A DNA stretch of 64,000 nucleotides from contig OZ059899.1 of NCBI GenBank assembly GCA_964057225.1, positions 3,844,001 through 3,908,000 of the forward strand. The letters run 5' to 3'. Of the stretch, positions 56,601 through 64,000 are shown one piece after another. Every line of letters starts with the position of its first letter. Within the stretch, counting starts at the first letter, position 1. This stretch comes from Auanema rhodensis. Lineage: Eukaryota > Animalia > Nematoda. Position numbers and translations under genes: made by a program. The notes below the pieces were generated by a model, which was not told where the DNA came from, ran no database searches, and saw nothing but the letters and a program-made list of their open reading frames with translations.

Positions 56601-59600
56601 TGGAAGCAATGTTGAGTGTACATGGAAACTCAACATACACTAATGCATCATTTTTCAAACGATCATAACTAATTTTTGTATCAAGTTTTTCTCAATGTAG
56701 TATAGTGCATTCGATGCGGATTTTTAAGCTGCGTCGATCTGTGTTATCAGATTTGCGCTAGCTTAAAAATGCACCGAGATATCAACTTTTATAAGTTTAC
56801 ACTTATATCCTCGATTTTCACCCTGAAGAATTAATTTTTTCGTTGAATAACATTGTCCATCGTCTTTGCCTTGGAAAATGAAATCTAAAAACATCTACTT
56901 TTTGCTAAATTATTTTGAAATTTTTCGAAAAAATTTTTGTCAAAATGTTTTTGGAAGCAGTGTTGAGTGTACATGGAAACTCAACATACACTAATGCATC
57001 ATTTTTCAAACGATTATAACTAATTTTTGTATTAAGCGTTTCTCAATGTAGTATAGTGCATTCGATGCGGATTTTTAAGCTGCGTCGATCTGTGTTATCA
57101 GATTTGCGCTAGCTTAAAAATGCACCGAGATATCAACTGATATAAGTTCACACTTATATCCTCGATTTTCACCCTGAAGAATTAATTTTTTCGTTGAATA
57201 ACATTGTCCATCGTCTTTGCCTTGAAAAATGGAATCTAAAAACATCTACTTTTTGCTAAATTATTTTGAAATTTTTCGAAAAAATTTTTGTCAAAATGTT
57301 TTTGGAAGCAATGTTGAGTGTACATGGAAACTCAACATACACTAATGCATCATTTTTCAAACGATCATAACTAATTTTTGTATCAAGTGTTTCTCAATGT
57401 AGTATAGTGCATTCGATGCGGATTTTTAAGCTGCGTCGATCTGTGTTATCAGATTTGCGCTAGCTTAAAAATGCACCGAGATATCAACTTTTATAAGTTT
57501 ACACTTATATCCTCGATTTTCACCCTGAAGAATTAATTTTTTCGTTGAATAACATTGTCCATCGTCTTTGCCTTGAAAAATGAAATCTAAAAACATCTAC
57601 TTTTTGCTAAATTATTTTGAAATTTTTCGAAAAAATTTTTGTCAAAATGTTTTTGGAAGCAATGTTGAGTGTACATGGAAACTCAACATACACTAATGCA
57701 TCATTTTTCAAACGATCATAACTAATTTTTGTATTAAGCGTTTCTCAATGTAGTATAGTGCATTCGATGCGGATTTTTAAGCTGCGTCGATCTGTGTTAT
57801 CAGATTTGCGCTAGCTTAAAAATGCACCGAGATATCAACTGATATAAGTTTACACTCATATCCTCGATTTTCACCCTGAAGAATTAATTTTTTCGTTGAA
57901 TAACATTGTCCATCGTCTTTGCCTTGAAAAAAGGAATCTAAAAACATCTACTTTTTGCTAATTTATTTTGAAATTTTTCGAAAAAATTTTTGTCAAAATG
58001 TTTTTGGAAACAATGTTGAGTGTACATGGAAACTCAACATACACTAATGCATCATTTTTCAAACGATCATAACTAATTTTTGTATCAAGTGTTTCTCAAT
58101 GTAGTATAGTGCATTCGATGCGGATTTTTAAGCTGCGTCGATCTGTGTTATCAGATTTGCGCTAGCTTAAAAATGCACCGAGATATCAACTGATATAAGT
58201 TCACACTTATATCCTCGATTTTCACCCTGAAGAATTAATTTTTTCGTTGAATAACATTGTCCATCGTCTTTGCCTTGAAAAATGGAATCTAAAAACATCT
58301 ACTTTTTGCTAAATTATTTTGAAATTTTTCGAAAAAATTTTTGTCAAAATGTTTTTGGAAGCAATGTTGAGTGTACATGGAAACTCAACATACACTAATG
58401 CATCATTTTTCAAACGATCATAACTAATTTTTGTATCAAGTGTTTCTCAATGTAGTATAGTGCATTCGATGCGGATTTTTAAGCTGCGTCGATCTGTGTT
58501 ATCAGATTTGCGCTAGCTTAAAAATGCACCGAGATATCAACTTTTATAAGTTTATACTTATATCCTCGATTTTCACCCTGAAGAATTAATTTTTTCGTTG
58601 AATAACATTGTCCATCGTCTTTGCCTTGAAAAATGAAATCTAAAAACATCTACTTTTTGCTAAATTATTTTGAAATTTTTCGAAAAAATTTTTGTCAAAA
58701 TGTTTTTGGAAGCAATGTTGAGTGTACATGGAAACTCAACATACACTAATGCATCATTTTTCAAACGATCATAACTAATTTTTGTATTAAGCGTTTCTCA
58801 ATGTAGTATAGTGCATTCGATGCGGATTTTTAAGCTGCGTCGATCTGTGTTATCAGATTTGCGCTAGCTTAAAAATGCACCGAGATATCAACTGATATAA
58901 GTTTACACTCATATCCTCGATTTTCACCCTGAAGAATTAATTTTTTCGTTGAATAACATTGTCCATCGTCTTTGCTTTGAAAAAAGGAATCTAAAAACAT
59001 CTACTTTTTGCTAATTTATTTTGAAATTTTTCGAAAAAATTTTTGTCAAAATGTTTTTGGAAACAATGTTGAGTGTACATGGAAACTCAACATACACTAA
59101 TGCATCATTTTTCAAACGATCATAACTAATTTTTGTATTAAGCGTTTCTCAATGTAGTATAGTGCATTTGATGCGGATTTTTAAGCTGCGTCGATCTGTG
59201 TTATCAGATTTGCGCTAGCTTAAAAATGCACCGAGATATCAACTGATATAAGTTCACACTTATATCCTCGATTTTCACCCTGAAGAATTAATTTTTTCGT
59301 TGAATAACATTGTCCATCGTCTTTGCCTTGAAAAATGGAATCTAAAAACATCTACTTTTTGCTAAATTATTTTGAAATTTTTCGAAAAAATTTTTGTCAA
59401 AATGTTTTTGGAAGCAATGTTGAGTGTACATGGAAACTCAACATACACTAATGCATCATTTTTCAAACGATCATAACTAATTTTTGTATCAAGTGTTTCT
59501 CAATGTAGTATAGTGCATTCGATGCGGATTTTTAAGCTGCGTCGATCTGTGTTATCAGATTTGCGCTAGCTTAAAAATGCACCGAGATATCAACTTTTAT

Positions 59601-62600
59601 AAGTTTACACTTATATCCTCGATTTTCACCCTGAAGAATTAATTTTTTCGTTGAATAACATTGTCCATCGTCTTTGCCTTGAAAAATGAAATCTAAAAAC
59701 ATCTACTTTTTGCTAAATTATTTTGAAATTTTTCGAAAAAATTTTTGTCAAAATGTTTTTGGAAGCAATGTTGAGTGTACATGGAAACTCAACATACACT
59801 AATGCATCATTTTTCAAACGATCATAACTAATTTTTGTATTAAGCGTTTCTCAATGTAGTATAGTGCATTCGATGCGGATTTTTAAGCTGCGTCGATCTG
59901 TGTTATCAGATTTGCGCTAGCTTAAAAATGCACCGAGATATCAACTGATATAAGTTTACACTCATATCCTCGATTTTCACCCTGAAGAATTAATTTTTTC
60001 GTTGAATAACATTGTCCATCGTCTTTGCCTTGAAAAAAAGAATCTAAAAACATCTACTTTTTGCTAAATTATTTTGAAATTTTTCGAAAAAATTTTTGTC
60101 AAAATGTTTTTGGAAGCAATGTTGAGTGTACATGGAAACTCAACATACACTAATGCATCATTTTTCAAACGATCATAACTAATTTTTGTATCAAGTGTTT
60201 CTCAATGTAGTATAGTGCATTCGATGCGGATTTTTAAGCTGCGTCGATCTGTGTTATCAGATTTGCGCTAGCTTAAAAATGCACCGAGATATCAACTTTT
60301 ATAAGTTTACACTTATATCCTCGATTTTCACCCTGAAGAATTAATTTTTTCGTTGAATAACATTGTCCATCGTCTTTGCCTTGAAAAATGAAATCTAAAA
60401 ACATCTACTTTTTGCTAAATTATTTTGAAATTTTTCGAAAAAATTTTTGTCAAAATGTTTTTGGAAGCAATGTTGAGTGTACATGGAAACTCAACATACA
60501 CTAATGCATCATTTTTCAAACGATCATAACTAATTTTTGTATTAAGCGTTTCTCAATGTAGTATAGTGCATTCGATGCGGATTTTTAAGCTGCGTCGATC
60601 TGTGTTATCAGATTTGCGCTAGCTTAAAAATGCACCGAGATATCAACTGATATAAGTTTACACTCATATCCTCGATTTTCACCCTGAAGAATTAATTTTT
60701 TCGTTGAATAACATTGTCCATCGTCTTTGCCTTGAAAAAAAGAATCTAAAAACATCTACTTTTTGCTAAATTATTTTGAAATTTTTCGAAAAAATTTTTG
60801 TCAAAATGTTTTTGGAAGCAATGTTGAGTGTACATGGAAACTCAACATACACTAATGCATCATTTTTCAAACAATCATAACTAATTTTTGTATTAAGCGT
60901 TTCTCAATGTAGTATAGTGCATTCGATGCGGATTTTCAAGCTGCGTCGATCTGTGTTATCAGATTTGCGCTAGCTTAAAAATGCACCGAGATATCAACTG
61001 ATATAAGTTCACACATATATACCCGATTTTCACCCTGAAGAATTAATTTTTTCGTTGAATAACATTGTCCATCGTCTTTGCCTTGAAAAAAGGAATCTAA
61101 AAACATCTACTTTTTGCTAAATTATTTTGAAATTTTTCGAAAAAATTTTTGTCAAAATGTTTTTGGAAGCAATGTTGAGTGTACATGGAAACTCAACATA
61201 CACTAATGCATCATTTTTCAAACGATCATAACTAATTTTTGTATCAAGTGTTTCTCAATGTAGTATAGTGCATTCGATGCGGATTTTTAAGCTGCGTCGA
61301 TCTGTGTTATCAGATTTGCGCTAGCTTAAAAATGCACCGAGATATCAACTGATATAAGTTCACACTTATATCCTCGATTTTCACCCTGAAGAATTAATTT
61401 TTTCGTTGAATAACATTGTCCATCGTCTTTGCCTTGAAAAATGGAATCTAAAAACATCTACTTTTTGCTAAATTATTTTGAAATTTTTCGAAAAAATTTT
61501 TGTCAAAATGTTTTTGGAAGCAATGTTGAGTGTACATGGAAACTCAACATACACTAATGCATCATTTTTCAAACGATCATAACTAATTTTTGTATCAAGT
61601 GTTTCTCAATGTAGTATAGTGCATTCGATGCGGATTTTTAAGCTGCGTCGATCTGTGTTATCAGATTTGCGCTAGCTTAAAAATGCACCGAGATATCAAC
61701 TTTTATAAGTTTACACTTATATCCTCGATTTTCACCCTGAAGAATTAATTTTTTCGTTGAATAACATTGTCCATCGTCTTTGCCTTGAAAAATGAAATCT
61801 AAAAACATCTACTTTTTGCTAAATTATTTTGAAATTTTTCGAAAAAATTTTTGTCAAAATGTTTTTGGAAGCAATGTTGAGTGTACATGGAAACTCAACA
61901 TACACTAATGCATCATTTTTCAAACGATCATAACTAATTTTTGTATTAAGCGTTTCTTAATGTAGTATAGTGCATTCGATGCGGATTTTTAAGCTGCGTC
62001 GATCTGTGTTATCAGATTTGCGCTAGCTTAAAAATGCACCGAGATATCAACTTTTATAAGTTTACACTTATATCCTCGATTTTCACCCTGAAGAATTAAT
62101 TTTTTCGTTGAATAACATTGTCCATCGTCTTTGCCTTGAAAAATGGAATCTAAAAACATCTACTTTTTGCTAAATTATTTTGAAATTTTTCGAAAAAATT
62201 TTTGTCAAAATGTTTTTGGAAGCAATGTTGAGTGTACATGGAAACTCAACATACACTAATGCATCATTTTTCAAACGATCATAACTAATTTTTGTATTAA
62301 GCGTTTCTCAATGTAGTATAGTGCATTCGATGCGGATTTTTAAGCTGCGTCGATCTGTGTTATCAGATTTGCGCTAGCTTAAAAATGCACCGAGATATCA
62401 ACTGATATAAGTTTACACTCATATCCTCGATTTTCACCCTGAAGAATTAATTTTTTCGTTGAATAACATTGTCCATCGTCTTTGCCTTGAAAAAAAGAAT
62501 CTAAAAACATCTACTTTTTGCTAAATTATTTTGAAATTTTTCGAAAAAATTTTTGTCAAAATGTTTTTGGAAGCAATGTTGAGTGTACATGGAAACTCAA

Positions 62601-64000
62601 CATACACTAATGCATCATTTTTCAAACAATCATAACTAATTTTTGTATTAAGCGTTTCTCAATGTAGTATAGTGCATTCGATGCGGATTTTCAAGCTGCG
62701 TCGATCTGTGTTATCAGATTTGCGCTAGCTTAAAAATGCACCGAGATATCAACTGATATAAGTTCACACATATATACCCGATTTTCACCCTGAAGAATTA
62801 ATTTTTTCGTTGAATAACATTGTCCATCGTCTTTGCCTTGAAAAAAGGAATCTAAAAACATCTACTTTTTGCTAAATTATTTTGAAATTTTTCGAAAAAA
62901 TTTTTGTCAAAATGTTTTTGGAAGCAATGTTGAGTGTACATGGAAACTCAACATACACTAATGCATCATTTTTCAAACGATCATAACTAATTTTTGTATT
63001 AAGCGTTTCTCAATGTAGTAAAGTGCATTCGATGCGGATTTTCAAGCTGCGTCGATCTGTGTTATCAGATTTGCGTTAGCTTAAAAATGCACCGAGATAT
63101 CAACTGATATAAGTTCACACATATATACCCGATTTTCACCCTGAAGAATTAATTTTTTCGTTGAATAACATTGTCCATCGTCTTTACCTTGAAAAAAGGA
63201 ATCCAAAAACATCTACTTTTTGCTAAAATATTCTGAAATTTTTTGAAAAAATTTTTGTCAAAATGTTTTTGGAAGCAATGTTGAGTGTACATGGAAACTC
63301 AACATACACTAATGCATCATTTTTCAAACGATCATAACTAATTTTTGTATCAAGTGTTTCTCAATGTAGTATAGTGCATTCGATGCGGATTTTTAAGCTG
63401 CGTCGATCTGTGTTATCAGATTTGCGCTAGCTTAAAAATGCACCGAGATATCAACTTTTATAAGTTTACACTTATATCCTCGATTTTCACCCTGAAGAAT
63501 TAATTTTTTCGTTGAATAACATTGTCCATCGTCTTTGCCTTGAAAAATGAAATCTAAAAACATCTACTTTTTGCTAAATTATTTTGAAATTTTTCGAAAA
63601 AATTTTTGTCAAAATGTTTTTGGAAGCAATGTTGAGTGTACATGGAAACTCAACATACACTAATGCATCATTTTTCAAACGATCATAACTAATTTTTGTA
63701 TTAAGCGTTTCTCAATGTAGTATAGTGCATTCGATGCGGATTTTTAAGCTGCGTCGATCTGTGTTATCAGATTTGCGCTAGCTTAAAAATGCACCGAGAT
63801 ATCAACTGATATAAGTTTACACTCATATCCTCGATTTTCACCCTGAAGAATTAATTTTTTCGTTGAATAACATTGTCCATCGTCTTTGCCTTGAAAAAAA
63901 GAATCTAAAAACATCTACTTTTTGCTAAATTATTTTGAAATTTTTCGAAAAAATTTTTGTCAAAATGTTTTTGGAAGCAATGTTGAGTGTACATGGAAAC
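41601..64000. repeat. Satellite variant domain C (gradual transition from B)
   Basis: GCTGAATT is absent. A7-insertion monomers occur at 46.3-52.0 kb, CACTCATATCC from 47673 to 63824, and GGAAACAATG from about 47.8 kb. Confidence 0.7.

Larger units (their letters stand above)
1..64000. repeat. Tandem satellite DNA array, 351-bp monomer, about 182.3 copies, head-to-tail
   Basis: TTTGCCTTGAAAAA starts at 1, 352, 703 and so on. The last monomer starts at 63885 = 1 + 182x351 + 2, which matches the 5 one-base deletions and 7 one-base insertions found. No non-satellite sequence or inversion seen, and the array runs off both ends of the window. Confidence 0.99.

Noticed and set aside
1-64000. CRISPR array or repeat-spacer system suggested by regularly spaced palindromes
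   Set aside because: There are no unique spacers: the whole 351 bp is repeated. No cas-like ORFs are present.
1-64000. Assignment to a named 350-360 bp insect satellite, or a long read-through ORF because 351 is divisible by 3
   Set aside because: Similar length alone is not evidence and I cannot confirm sequence homology. The ORF track shows no frame open across monomers.

Overview
The whole 64 kb window is one uninterrupted head-to-tail array of a 351-bp AT-rich satellite monomer (first monomer about 31% GC by hand count). It holds 182 full copies plus a 116-bp partial copy, all in the same orientation, with only a few substitutions per copy and 12 single-base indels that I could find. I see no genes, RNA genes, CRISPR array or transposon insertion. 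The 17 listed 63-aa ORFs are by-products of one SNP that removes a stop codon in the monomer. This looks like eukaryotic (peri)centromeric or heterochromatic satellite DNA. The lack of CpG depletion fits a low-methylation lineage such as an insect or other invertebrate, but I cannot name the family or species. The structure worth noting lies in three places: (i) a monomer dense in inverted repeats, with some hairpins nearly invariant and one hypervariable; (ii) spatial domains of diagnostic variants, with a sharp boundary near 12 kb; (iii) short-lived higher-order duplications of 2, 3, 4, 5, 7 and 10 monomers, plus longer-range block copies. I found no support for a novel protein-coding system. 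In the entries below, 'monomer position' refers to the first copy (window 1-351).
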